Shown here piece by piece: positions 26,715 through 39,983 of a stretch of 64,000 bases of DNA. Below the pieces are notes generated by a model. The model was not told the origin of the DNA, did not search any database, and was given only the letters and a program-made list of their open reading frames with translations. Position 1 is the first letter of the stretch. Each line of letters starts with the position of its first letter. A program made the position numbers and the translations under genes. This stretch comes from Microthyrium microscopicum (Eukaryota), in assembly GCA_010405405.1 (NCBI GenBank), contig MU004234.1, forward strand, positions 1,453,275 to 1,517,274, read 5' to 3'.

Positions 26715-27827
26715 ATGCTCAAGCCAGCCCAGATCGTCCGTGGATTTCCTTTCGCGATCTGCTGTCAAATGCCCAAGACAACCAGTATGTCTAGCCCAGA
26801 CGCCCATTCTCGAGGCATCAAACGCTCACGATCACACAACAAATCGCCACTTCCCAAGACCAATCGCCCGGATCTCAAACATCGAGTGAAATTCTTCATC
26901 ATATCCGATACCCACGATCTCCTCCCTACCACCGATCCCACCAGCGCCTTCCGTCCGCCTCCATACGATACTGATGTGATACTCCACTGCGGCGACCTCA
27001 CTGAGGATGGAATGCCGCTCAGCATATCCGCCGGCCTGAAGATGCTCGGCGGCCTCCCCGGCGAACTCAAACTCCTCATCGCGGGCAACCATGAAATTTC
27101 GCTGGACAAGGAGTACTGGCTAACCCAAACTGACTCGGTGAGCGGTCACGAAAGGGCGATAGCCATGGTGCACAACGCGGCGATAGAGCACGGAGTGACG
27201 TACTTGACTGAGGGAATGCATACATTCACGCTGAAAAGTGGCGCCGCGTTCAGTGTATATGCGACACCGTACACCCCCAAATTTGGAGAATCGGCATTCC
27301 AATATGAGTCGAACGAAGATCGATTTAATGTCACCTCGCCATCTTGGGCGGTGAATGTATCTACGCCGGCTAGTCGTGTACCCGCTGGTGTGGATATCAT
27401 GATGAGCCATGGACCTGCGAAATATATCCTTGACAACAATACGGGAACAGAGCATGGGAGTAGTGCTGGTTGTCCGCACTTGAGGCGGGCGTTGGTAAGG
27501 GCGAAGCCGAAGTTATTCTGCTTTGGTCATGTCCACAAGGGCTGGGGCGCGCAGAGGCTTGAGTATCCGAAAATTGGGACTACGAAAGCCGGGGAAGATG
27601 GTACGGGGCTTCAGGATGAGGAGGATGGATTGGTGGTATATCCGAAGGAATGGGTGGGCGGTGCGAATCAGTTGCGGAGACAGGGCTTTGCACGGATCAG
27701 TGAGAATGCGGAACAGCAGGTGAGGGATGGAGATTTTGGATTGGCGCTTAATGCCGCTGTGAAATCAGTTGATGATGCTGGGCCGAATCCAGGGTGGTTG
27801 GTTGAGCTGGAGCTGGAGAGTAGATGA
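26715..27827 (+). CDS. Calcineurin-like metallophosphoesterase (MPPED/239FB-like)
   Basis: ISDTH, HCGDLT, IAGNHE, MSHGP, FGHVH motifs; the start could be a later Met (26769 or 26787). Confidence 0.9.
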   Translation: MLKPAQIVRGFPFAICCQMPKTTSMSSPDAHSRGIKRSRSHNKSPLPKTNRPDLKHRVKFFIISDTHDLLPTTDPTSAFRPPPYDTDVILHCGDLTEDGMPLSISAGLKMLGGLPGELKLLIAGNHEISLDKEYWLTQTDSVSGHERAIAMVHNAAIEHGVTYLTEGMHTFTLKSGAAFSVYATPYTPKFGESAFQYESNEDRFNVTSPSWAVNVSTPASRVPAGVDIMMSHGPAKYILDNNTGTEHGSSAGCPHLRRALVRAKPKLFCFGHVHKGWGAQRLEYPKIGTTKAGEDGTGLQDEEDGLVVYPKEWVGGANQLRRQGFARISENAEQQVRDGDFGLALNAAVKSVDDAGPNPGWLVELELESR

Positions 27828-27959
27828 AGATATGTAAGAACGTTGATGCCTCTTGAAAACGCGCCACTGATTTGAGAGAAATGGATGCATGAGTATCAAT
27901 AAAGATCTGAAGAATACACATCAGAAGACTTTCTTCATCTTCTTCAGCAGCCGGTTATA

Positions 27960-29199
27960 CTATCCTTTGATTTTCTTCGTGGCTCTACCAGGCATGGGAT
28001 CATCCATAGCTCCTCTCTTTGTGCCTTGAGTCTTCATCTCTGCATCCTCAGTGATTCTGCGAAGCGGATACTCAAACGTATTTCCTTCAAAGCAATTCTT
28101 CATACTCTTGTCCTCTTCCATGGTGAAATATCGATGCTTAAGGGCTTGTTCCGCCGTCAATCTCTTGTTGGGGTCATACTCCAGCAGGCCCTTTAACAGA
28201 TCGAGGCCCTCGTTTCCGGGAGAAACTCCCATCAAACTCGAATTGTTGTATTTCTGCTGCTGAATAATGTTCCAGTACCACCTAGATAGACCAGAATGAT
28301 TTTGTATTCTAGAGTTACCCGCCGGCAAATTCATAAGATGCTGATACTCTGGCATTGACGTGAGAAGTGGCCACTGTTCTTTGGAAGGCATGCCCAGAAT
28401 CTCGACGATTTTCTGCATTTGATTTCGCTGAAATGGGACGGTCTTCTTGTTGTCCATCTTCGCTTCTTCGCCCTTGAAGATCGGCCTGAGACTGAGAAGT
28501 TCTGCAAAGATACAACCCACAGCCCATAGATCTATGGCGGGTGTATAATGGCGTGTGCCGAGCAACAACTCTGGTGCCCGATACCATATAGTGACGACAA
28601 CCTTGTCTCCAGTGAAAAGCGAGTTGAGAGGTTGTCGAAATATGCGCGCCAGACCCAGATCTCCAATTTTGACACTTCCGTCACGAGTGACCATGATGTT
28701 AGCGGGCTTCAAATCTCTGTGCATGACCCAGTTTCTATGCAGATAGAGTAGACCTTCGAGTAGCTGGAACATCATGGCCTTCACAGTACGAGCTGGTATG
28801 CCAGGTCTACTGGCCTGTGTGTGATAGTGGATGATTTGGAGGAGATCGTGTTCGGCATATTCAAACACGATGAAGATACATTTATCCTCGAGGATTATTT
28901 CGACTGTCCGAACAACATGGACATGGGATAGTTCGCTGCAAAGGGACATTTCGCGGATTGCTGATTGGGAGATGCCAGTATATTGAGCTTCGCCCTCTTT
29001 GTCTGGCTTGAATCTATAGATTGTCAGAGAGGGGCTTGATTGGGGATCTGGTGGCTCACTTTTTGATTGCGAATTGGCCGGGTTCGCCGAGTCTACTTCG
29101 TGCTTTGTACACACGGCCATATGTTCCGCTGGAGATGAAACCTATGATTTCATAGCGCGCGTATACTGATTTCTTGCTAGTATAGCCTTCGAGAGGCAT
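27960..29199 (-). CDS. SSN3: Cyclin-dependent kinase Ssn3/Srb10 (CDK8)
   Basis: Exon 1 gives [14 protein letters not shown]...FAIKK; intron 29014-29059; [36 protein letters not shown] further upstream exon is possible. Confidence 0.95.
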
Positions 29200-30674
29200 A
29201 TTTGCGTTGCCTTTGGAGGCCTAAGTTCTGTATCGTCAGAGCTAGAAACTAGCTATGGGCAGAATGAAATGCTAGCGATGGTCATGTGATGAAGCGCATG
29301 AAGCTCTTCCGATGGTTCCTTGTTTTGAATGAACCGGTGTCTGTGAATGCGACAGCGCTAGCTGACCAGTCCGAGACGTAAAGAGATTAGAGATCGATAC
29401 CCAGGCAACTTGGAATCCGCCACCCAGAATTATTAGGGAGAACGGAAAGTAGTATGGTTCCAAGTAGTCGTTCCTGGAGTAAAGGGGGAAGTAGCCATCA
29501 CGATAGTACTTCACGCACCATTATTGCCAAGCGCTCTAGACATTTGCCCGGGTAGCAAGGTTTTGATGCGAAGTAAAGCGATGCTCACGACTCAGATTTT
29601 TGAGAGCAGTTCAAGGGTTTGTGGCTAATTATCTGCTAAAGATAATTTGAGGCTGCGGAGGGTGATGGAATATGGCAGGAGATTGTTTTAGTCTGCTTGT
29701 GAGATTTTCAAATTTGAGGATATTAGTTCGATGTATAGAATGGAAAATACTTTGTGAATCGTAGGAGTATCAATGAAGAACGGAATCTTTGCGACTAGAT
29801 GAAGGGACGAAGTTGGGTCAGATCGTGCACAGACATTTTCTGAGACCAAGGGTTCAAGTCGTGATGAAAATGTCCGTGCACGATCTTCTTTCAGCCTTAT
29901 AGCCAGTAGTCTGCTTCATAGCTCCAAATACGACAGCTGATATTGGAAAGAAAGTCTATCGTCATGGCTGTAAGATTGTCAAAGCAACCAAAGATCTTTT
30001 TGAGAACTTTAATGGCATCAAAGCATTGCGATTGGATCTCTTTCTCTGGCCGTTGCTTTCTTAAGTTCAGTCAGTGCACTTCACCACCATATCTAAACGT
30101 GGGCTTACGTGGCGCACGTCTTGGCTCGACTTCGTACTCTATATTTGTTTTGTCTTGGTATTGATGTCGTTCGGGATCGCGTGACAATGCTGAGCAGCTG
30201 AGTGGTGGTACTTTGATCCCAAATGTGATGAGGGTAGTGACATGCATAAGCCACTCACGCCACCACGATCTGACCATGGCCGGAACAGTAATACATTTGT
30301 GAAAGCTTGGTGATCTATAGAACGTTTCCATCGAAATTTAATATTAGGTTTGTTAATATATGAGAAATGTTCGGATCTATGAAGCTTATTCATTTGCCGG
30401 CAATTTAAGGTAGAAACTTGTTGCATGTTTACCTTAGTTTAGAATCGATGTCGTGTTGAGTGGAGAGCTGAAAGCAATATGCAGCGGTGGATCGCTAAAT
30501 CTGCAAGGCTGGAAGAACGAAATGAATCCAGATCTTCCTCTCGCATTGTATGACCAGAACACGATGGTCGGCTCCGGAGTCCGAAGGTTTATATCTAAGT
30601 GCAGTGCTAGTACTCAATGCTTGTTGACACATTCCTCAACCTTTTTCCCGCAGATTGCTGCTCAATAATATACG

Positions 30675-31986
30675 ATGCTTGGCGGTCTAGTCTTACTACT
30701 TGGTACTTGCCAGATGGCTTGGGCTAACCCAGCTCCTTGGCCGTTGATCACACCAGCTCCTCTTGAGCGACGAGATGATGCAAATGACCCTTATCTACTT
30801 GGTTATTACTACAATACTGTCTACTCGACATGTAATTGAGCCCGCTTCGTGGCAGATATCCATGCGATGTACTAAGTTACTGGTTAGGGAGCAAAGACCT
30901 TTGCGAAACTATCTCTGGAATTACGCGCACTTACACTTCCTCTGTAAGTTGAAGCTCAATTTATAAAGAGGATGCGATGATGCGCAAATACCTGGGGCTC
31001 AGAGAACCTTTTTACCTGCCACTGGGAACGACGCGCTTTCATACAAGATTTCATCCGGCTTTTTACGCAGACCCATCTAACAGATTTGCAGGCCGGCTTT
31101 TACGAGTGTTGTGGAGTAGGCAATAACTGTAACATGAACGTTGGATGCTCTGGCTCTTACTTGCTCAAAGCTACCGGAAGTGCTATTGACTGGTAAGCAA
31201 CCGCATGTTCTACCTTGTACCTGATGTTCCTAAGCACTGACTCTGCGATCATCAGTTTCAACGTCGTCTCTGATATCTCTGCAACCTGCACTTGGGATGT
31301 TATGTTTGCATCCGCTGGTGCCACTGCTGCGCAGAAATATATATATTGTGCCGAAGGTGGAGTGGCAGGGACTACATACTATCGTGCGAACCGTAAGTCT
31401 CCACCAGCTCAAATTTCTCTACTCGGAGAGAGTGTTTCTAACCAAGCGAGCCTCAGCTACTTCTACAAGCTCGTCTTCGCAGACTCCGACCCCGACGCCA
31501 ACTCAGTCTCCCACCCCCAGCCCAACATCGGCTTCGAAGAAAGCACCAATCGGTGCCATTGTGGGTGGTGTTATTGGTGGTCTTACCGTTATAACCTTGC
31601 TTGTGCTGGGACTTCTTCTTTTACTCAAGAAGAAGAAGCAGGTCACAGTCCAGCAGCCGTATGTTACAGCGCCAGAACTCAGCAGGGGCGATGGAGTGAT
31701 GGGATCTCCTCCTGCTCAATTCCAGTATGCAACAGCGTCCAAGCCGACGATGATGGAACATACCAGTCCGGTGTCTGCATCATCTCAGTATAATCAAAAC
31801 TACTCGGATCAGCATGCGGTGCAACCAATTCCATATGGGCAACATCAACAGCAACAACCGCAGCAATATCAATCAGGAGTCCCTCAAGACTGGGTGTCAG
31901 CAGCTCCACATGCAGTCGAGATGGAATCTCCTGGCAGCTCACCTCCACCACAATATGGCAATTTCAACCCCAATCCTACTCGTTGA
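30675..31986 (+). CDS. Single-pass membrane protein: signal peptide, Cys-containing ectodomain, S/T stalk, TM helix (Mid2-like architecture), multi-exon
   Basis: MLGGLVLLLGTCQMAWANP signal-like start; several GT-AG introns between 30831 and ~31445; TM segment APIGAIVGGVIGGLTVITLLVLGLLLLL followed by KKKK. Internal exon boundaries not fully resolved. Confidence 0.75.
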
Positions 31987-32689
31987 TAGTTTGGGCAGTC
32001 TTTCCTTACTTGCGAACTCTTTTTCAGAACAGGTCTTGCCCTTCGATGATTTCATTCTTGAATTGTTGGCTTAGCGTACAGTGAACTGCCTCATTGCAAG
32101 GAAGACTATTTTTGATGTATACCTGATAATATCTCATTAGCTGATAATCGTGTCATTAGTATGATGAAGAAGTCTAATTCCTATGTGATCTCTTTTTTAC
32201 TGCCCGTGCTTGATTTATTCCATATGAACCTACCTAGGTAGTCAACGTGGTCGATGGGCATCTGAGGTTTGTTCACGCTTTGAAATGATAGCGGTCCATG
32301 ATCAATACTTCCAATGGAGCATCTGGTATTAGCTATCACCTGGTCAGGTTGCTCTTCCCAAATAGTCAGTAATCCGAGCATCAAAAGCTTAGCCATCAGA
32401 CTGTCTTGTACATCTCGATTTGAATTCTTACTTGCGCCCGTTGTATCACGGCCAAGGCTCATACGAGGGGATTTGATATCTGTAATCTTCGCTCCGTGTA
32501 CTAAGGACCATAGCTTGTGTTGGCGAGCCCATATCAGATTCGATTGTGATTTGATCAACACGCATCCAGGATATCGTTGTGTATTGGAATTGCTATCTCA
32601 GCCGACTGCAACACAGGAGTAAAGAAACATTGTGATCTTCAGCTTGACTTTTATTTTGGCTATATATAGCACTGCTGCGTCTGCTCTCC

Positions 32690-34019
32690 ATGATAATATT
32701 CCTCCAGGCATCCTGCATAATGGAAAATCCATACCAAATTTTCGACAAAGCGCGCCCTGTAGAGGCAGCAGAAGCTCGAGAAGCTGTCAAGGCAGCAAAG
32801 AGTTTCTTGTTGGATTACTCTTTCCTGACTAGCGACAGCAATGCTAAACTATCGAAGCGCCTCGAGCAACGTCTAACAACTCGTGCAGATTCAAATCAGA
32901 GGCTCGCGGAAAGGTTTGGTGTCTCAAATGCCTTCACTGTGAGAAACAAGGACTCGAAACAAGATTTCAAAAGTGATGTTACGAAGAAGATGCGAGCTGT
33001 ACTGTCTCTGGGTCCGGCAACAACCAAGAAGACAGACACTGGAATAGAGGACTGGCAGCCACTGATTCTTTGGGCAGGGCAATATGCGGCAGATGCTCTC
33101 GACCATAGAGCCAAATGCAATCTCGTTGAAGTGGTTCAATTTGTGACCCTCAAACTGTCAATAAAATACATCTTCAAGGTTGATGACCACGACTGGGCTT
33201 CACAAGTAGAGAAGAGCTACGTTGATTTTGTACATGTTGGACGAGAGATCAATAGGCTATAGATTGCATCAAAGGCTGAACCTACAAACCGTCCAGCCTG
33301 GGAAAATCAGATCGGCCTCCATCTCGCCTTACGGAATATCATAGGTGGAGATGCTGAAACTGATCCCATGGTGCCTGAGACCAATCCCATGAACTACCTA
33401 CTTCCCACCTACGAAACCGTGTGGCGCGTGATTCTCAGAGGCTTGATCGAAGTGCTTCGCTCATCAGGCAATGCCACCAAATGGCGAGAGTCTCTTCAAT
33501 CTTGCTTAATTACACCACTCAAAGGCAATGAGAGAGTCTGGAGAACTGTGGAAAATGAGGAGAGCCAAATTCCTCCCATCGATGTTATCAAAGAGATAAT
33601 GCGACTGCACCCACCGACACGACGTGTATGTCGTAAAGTAGGAGACAAAGAGATGTGCACCGATATTACAAAGCTATATCATTCAGAGCTACTTGCTCCA
33701 GAAGATCCTCTAATTCCGCCCTGAAAGATGGAAACAGCGCCGAGAATACTACTGTCAGTCGAAGGAAGATAACATCAAGCTAATGGAAAGAGAGCTTGGC
33801 TTTATGTCTTTCGCACTCATATGTCCGTCAGATGATTGGGCAAGCAGGGCATTTGGCATGAAGATCATTTGTATTCTCGTTAGTGTTCTTTGCGAAAAGG
33901 TCAAGGACGAGGAGGCTGGCTGGAACTTGGAGCCTTTGGATTTACTGTCTAGGCCCTTGAGTGCAGAGAGAACCGCTTTCCAAAATGGTGAACTCGAACT
34001 GTCCTCCGACAGGAAGTAG
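32690..34019 (+). pseudogene. Cytochrome P450-like pseudogene
   Basis: ExxR motif (KEIMRLHPP); FRPERW appears only after a frameshift at ~33713; heme-loop-like FMSFALICP; in-frame TAG at 33260-33262 with the frame continuing beyond it. Confidence 0.78.
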
Positions 34020-34527
34020 CAAGATCAGTCACTTGATACTAAGTCGTGCTTAGTACGCATAAAGTGAGTTTCTTTTCTCTGCTTTCACGAGTCCATTGGA
34101 ATTTTGGGCGCTGCTGACCTTGATAGCTGTGACCTATCGAAAATATCATGCTTCCTATTACTCTGCTGTTCTTGCCATTTAACAGAGGTGTACTACAAAG
34201 TAGCACAAGCTAATTTCTGCCACGTGTGTGCAGCACTACAACTTACTCTAGCTTCATGCGATAACTTCCTACTTTATGTCTTTGTCTTTGTATGAGGGTT
34301 GAACTAACTCCTTCATCAGGCCATTACCAGAAAGCAGAACTTGAAGCTTCAGTCGAACAGCATGAGAAGTAATATAAATAGCAGCACCACTACGAATCAG
34401 TGGCATTTCATGAGCTTGCATCTACAGCTTCGAAACTGGCGAAAATGGAAGCTCTTGTAGCTCATCACCTCCACCAACTACGCGGGAACTTGTTTAATCA
34501 TGAACAAAGTGTATGTAATCTTTCGAA

Positions 34528-35213
34528 TTACAAATGCTCAGCTACAGTCTTTATGAGACCAATAGTTACTTCATTCCCTTTGTCAGTCTTTCCGTGTTCG
34601 TCAAGTGGAGGTACATGGTAGAACAGAACATTTCTTGGCTTTCCCAGTTTCCACTCATGCTCAAGGCCGACATAATATGCAAATCCACATACATATTCTC
34701 CTACATCGTTAGAACCTCTAACATCCACTGCTTTGCCAACCTTGGACTTCCAACCCGCGACCACCGATTCGATATCGATTCCGGAATCAAGTCGATCCGG
34801 GCTTTTGCTCCAAAGCTTCTTCGACTCTGCTTTCGTAATCACTTTGCGGGCAACGTCCGGAAACTGATGATAACCATCTCTAAAGGCACCTTTCTCAACG
34901 GCGAAGTAAGTTCGCTCCATGGCACAGCCAACAAGAATGACAACATCGGGATTGTGCTGTTCAATCAGTGTTGGAATGGTAGCTGCAATGTCATGATATG
35001 CAGCATTCAGTGGCTCTTGTTGTGTCACAATTTCGATGGGTGGATATGTATTATCCAGAGTTGAGGGAAGCCGAGAGACGATTTCCCATGCTGGGTTGAC
35101 TTTGACATCCAGGAATGGCTATACGAATTAGATGTTAGCGGAGTAGCTGGGTGTCCGCAGGCGGTGCTCACTCCAAAGCCAGTAAGCAGCACTTTCACTT
35201 TTTCTGCTTCCAT
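34528..35213 (-). CDS. Pyroglutamyl peptidase I (peptidase C15)
   Basis: VLLTGFG|PF...NPAW across intron 35119-35171; catalytic-type residues in AVEK, GEYVCG and FYHVP. Confidence 0.9.
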
Positions 35214-35487
35214 CGGATATAGTAACTCGGATCCTCAGATATGTTTTGGTGAAGAGAGAGACGTTGGGATAAAGGTCTCTTTACAAGAAATTTGGAAAAT
35301 TCGTGCAGTCTTACATGCGTGCTCCTTCCAATCAAGGACACCGCCAGGGAAGTACGCCCCCTTACAAAGTCATCACTGCCGTCCAGTTCCAGAGAACGAA
35401 GAGCGAGTTGGTTAATTTTATGAAAGCAAATGGTATATTTTCTATATTTTGTGCTAGTATGTTTCATTTGACATTACTTCCGATCAG

Positions 35488-35997
35488 CTAGAAATTTGGG
35501 CAATTGAAGCCGTTGACACTTGGGAAACTGTACATTTTGTCAGGATATTTGCTCAGAGTGTACTGTCATAGAGAAGTACTTACTTGTTACCCAAGACACT
35601 GTTAATCACAGATGCTTTGTTGTGTGTGCTTTGGAAAGAAATCGACGTCGTCTACATCTATTAGTCTAGGATCTATGAATATAGGGTCTCAAACTTACAC
35701 CCGAAGCACTTCCCTGCGTGCAAAAGAAGTTGCCAAAGTTCTGATCATTGATACCAGAGCTCAGTTGGTTCTTGATGTTATTGCAAGTGGCTATAAAGGT
35801 CAGAACTTATCAGAGCTAAGTGTGTTTTGGTTCTTACCAGTTCCCGGAAACGAAACTCCAATAGTTAAACCGTATGATACATTGGAGAGGAAGTCTGTGG
35901 CTTTGCAAGATTGCTGATTGGGACCAACACTAGCAGCCGGGGCAGCAGCGATCAGGCTGAGAGATGAAAGAGCCGCCACGAAAGTAGTGAATTGCAT
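35488..35997 (-). CDS. Small secreted Cys-containing protein (~119 aa, 4 Cys), 4 exons; effector-like
   Basis: Signal peptide MQFTTFVAALSSLSLIAAAP; GTAAG...AG introns 35791-35837, 35652-35698 and 35528-35583 splice in frame to end ...NFPSVNGFNCPNF*. Confidence 0.85.
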
Positions 35998-36947
35998 CTT
36001 GAAATATATGATTGATTCGTGATAAGTTAGATAGAGTAGTTTTGGGTGTTGAATTTTGAAATGCGATGCTTGAGACAATGTGCTTCTCATCGGGGCAGAG
36101 CCTGAAGATTATATACAAATAATGAAAGTAACACCAACTTACAACAAAGCAATGATATTCTATTAATTGTAAAAGATCGACAGAGTTATTTTGAACACCA
36201 CTGTACCTCCGTTGTTCCGTTACTATAATTACTGACTAGAAGTGCTAAGCCTTCCAACCAACACATGTTACAATCAACCAATGGCACGACATGTTTGAAC
36301 AAGGTATATAGTACAAGGCTTAGTTTGAACTACTGGTCGAGATTATCTGTAGACTCAGAAATAATAGTCTACTCGGGTAGATAAACATAATAGTCGTTGA
36401 GGTATTTGGCTACTTACCTACTTACCTTATTAGCTACTGTCAAGTAAAGAAGGAAAAGCAATACAACAACAAAACTACCTGACGAGCCTAGTATCTAGAC
36501 AGTTGATTGAGCAAGTGTACACTGATTGGAGTTTCAAGGCTGTGTACCTTGCATGTATCTAGCGCGATGTAAGTAAGCAATGTCGTGGAACTGAGCTGCA
36601 GGGCTACGAGCTCAGCGGTGGGGAAATCATTCGGAGCTAGAGTACAGTTCAACTGAAAATAGCAGTGTATTGGCTCCCCGACGCCTAATACCCCTACAAT
36701 GGGTCAAAGTCTCAGGCTCAGTTCAGAGCAGAGAAGTCCCAGTGCTTCCAATGCCAATGGCTGTAAGACGGCTAGACATGCTCGGAGTGTGAGGAAAAGC
36801 GGTTAACAGGAACTATAGTACGAGCGAGTAGGACCCAGACCCAGACAACACAGCAAAGCCTATTGAATCATACTAGCCTACTCTTCCCAAGAAGCACGGC
36901 AATATAATTTCGAACCCTACTCGCATTGTTGGTCTCAATTTACACAA

Positions 36948-39900
36948 GATCGTTATTACCCACCCGCCACAGAATATTACTCACCCGCCCTTTTATATTA
37001 CTCACCCGCCCTTTAATAATGAAGCAGCGGCTAGTCCCAAATAGGATAGAATATGTCCGTTTTGGGGTTGTAGTCCTTAGGGAGCAATATTGAAGTCTAC
37101 TAAATTCTATCTTAGAGCTAAAAATATTAAGATCTTGCAATATAGTAATTTAAATAACTTGATAATTCCTGACTTAAATTTGAAGCTATTGAAGCCTATA
37201 TAATACTAGATAACTCTTCTACCTCTATTACTACCTCTTGGCCTTCTTCTTCCTCTTTCTCTCTCTTAAGATAAACTTGTAGTAGTAGTCTGTATGGTAG
37301 ATTTAGTGGATTTTAGCTGCTTCTTAAGCTCTTAGATCTTGAGGTAAAGATTATGGTTCTCTCCTTATCTATAGGTTAATTTAGCGTATAAATGGGGCAG
37401 AATTTAATAGATTTAACGTATCTCTAGTATCTTTAAAGATTATATAATAGCACGCTATTTGGTAGGAGGCTCTTTGACTTTAGGCTCTTTAGCGTCCTAA
37501 TCTTTAGTAGGCTTACTATACTATAAATCTGTAGGTAGCGCTTAGAATGCTTTAAGATCTTCTTTAGTAGTAAGTGCTATAAGTTTTTTAAACGTGCTAT
37601 ACTATCTTAGTGAATCTTAAGGCGATAGTAATGGTAGTAGTGGTAGTAATGGTGGAGAAGGAGTAGTTAAAGCGCGATTTTGCCTTTTAGCCTACCTACG
37701 TGGTAGTAATTTTTCTTAAAAAGATCTATTTTGATGAGTAGTATTCTGCTATAAAGCAAGTTAAGGACGTTTACTACTACGGACCTAATTTAGTAGTAGA
37801 ATAGTAGGCTCTCTTATAGCTCTTAAAGGTAAGATAATAAGGGGAGGATCTTTAGGAGCTTGTAGAGTGCCGTTTATTTTATTTAGCGTTAGTGGTAAAG
37901 TACGTTAAACTAAAGGCTGCTCTTCTTTAGCGAGATTATAGAATATCGATTGATTTAGGAACTAATGTTGCTTAATGTTGCCTAGCATAGTAATCTGCTA
38001 GTCTTTATCCTATTTATGATAGTATTGAAACTGATAGCTATAAGGAAGTCTAAATACTTTAGTAATATAATTCGTATAATAAGTTCTTTAGCTAGGAAGC
38101 ATCTCTTCTTTAGCAAGGTATTTGTAGTACTATTTGGTAAGTATTTCTAGCGCGTAGGTTAATACCTATTTAAAAGCGCCTATAGGCAAGATGGTAATTA
38201 CTTTAGGCTTTAGATTAAAGCGCTTAAAGATTAAGTCTTTACTAAATGTAGCCTTAATCTTTAATATCTAGTTGTTAGATGCTTTATGGAGTGCTTTTAC
38301 TACTGTGTTAAGATCTCTACGGTATGTCTAAAGCTAGCGTTTTATACCTCTATAGAGGCTCTCTACTAGTGATATTATGGTTGCGCTAAAATACTAAAAT
38401 TTATTGATAAAAGCCTTGCAAAAGTGCTCTCTCTTGACTAATTAGTTTGTTTGAAGATAAGATACTAATTATGGGTGAGATATATTGAATTTCTTAATAA
38501 AATAAGCCTATTTAGCCTTATGGGCTTTAACCGTAGGTACTTTAATAATTTAGATTATAATATGTTAGTTAGGTAAGGGTAGGATGTAGATATAGTTACC
38601 TTCTTCTATTAAGCTTTAGCTACTCTTTGATTATTAACTATCGCCGCATATTTAATGGATTCTGTGTTTAAATGCTTGTATTTAAAGGTTGATTTAATAC
38701 GAGCCTCTACTACTTTATTGAGATGCTATAAGTAGAGAAGCTAAGGCATATTTTTGAAGGATTTAGAGTTCTTTAGCACGTTTTTAAGGGCTATGTAATT
38801 ATTAGTAAGTATGATATTTAGCAAAGGAATTATATCTTTGTCGTCCTTAATATCTTTAGCGTCTTTAGTAGCTTTACCCCCTTAATAAGTATAGGAACTA
38901 ATAAACGCGTTAAGGGCTTATTAATAATTAGCTTCTAATTTACTAGATATCTAGATAAAAGCGACTAAGTAGTAGTGATTTGTAGGGGTAGTAGTAGCGA
39001 TGTAGAGTAGTGGTATATTATAGTAGTTAGTTTGATAAGTATAATCTATTAAAAGAACTTTTGAATGTTGTTAAAATAAGGCGACGGCACGCTTTAAAGT
39101 AAGAAGAATACCCTTTAGCTTTTTATGCTAAATCTAGGTAGTACTTAGGAATTCCTTGTCCTTCTTAAGATAGTCTACTAACGCCTTAATTAGTATTCTA
39201 CTAGCGAGCTAATCTAATTATGTTTTTGCCTTCTAGTTATAAATATCTTAAGGCGTAAAGATAGCTTTTAGAAACTGTTTCTTAATCTTTATAATAATGT
39301 CGCTTAGCCTAGTGCTAGGATTCTCTGATATAGAAGTAATTCTGGCGTAGATATTGTTATTTTGGAGGTCCTCTTAACGATAAGTATAATGTATAGAAAT
39401 ACTAAGTAATAGGTAGTAATTATAGTGATTTAGACGCATAGTTAACGTCTAAAGGGGATCCTTCTTTATTTTTTTGATAACTACTTGAAATAGATATTTA
39501 TGCGCTTTAGAAGTTATATTTTTACGCGTTCTAGTAGAGATAGATATGTAGGTGCTATGGTGATTGCATTGGAACTTAAATTTGTATTTTTAGTCGTTAG
39601 GAATACTATTAGGCTTTGACCTAAGTTTTGTTATGTAATAACTATATTCTTGCGCATAATTTTATATTTGATTGATAGCCTCTTAAGCGAAGATGAAGCT
39701 AATACTATTTTTAGGTTGTAGGATAGATATTATATAGAGTTGTAGTAGTTTAAAGTTGATTAAAATATAAGGAGTTAAGGTAGCGGTGTAGAGATATTAA
39801 AGGACGTGGGGGACTGTAGGTAAAGAGATAGGATAAAATATAATAATTCCCTAAGGACTACAACCCTAAAACGGATATATTCTATCCTATTTGGGACTAG

Positions 39901-39983
39901 CTGCTGCTTTATTATTAAAGGGCGGGTGAGTAATATAAAAGGGCGGGTGAGTAATATTCTGTGGCGGGTGGGTAATAACGATC
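36948..39983 (-). mobile_element. Mutator-like (MULE) DNA transposon, inactivated by RIP
   Basis: 136-bp TIRs (36948-37083, 39848-39983); 9-bp TSD TTTACACAA (36939-36947, 39984-39992); minus-strand relic LLIDYTYQTNYYNIPLL (~39010-39060) matching the MULE transposase DCTYxTNxYxMPL motif; many TAA/TAG stops. Confidence 0.95.
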
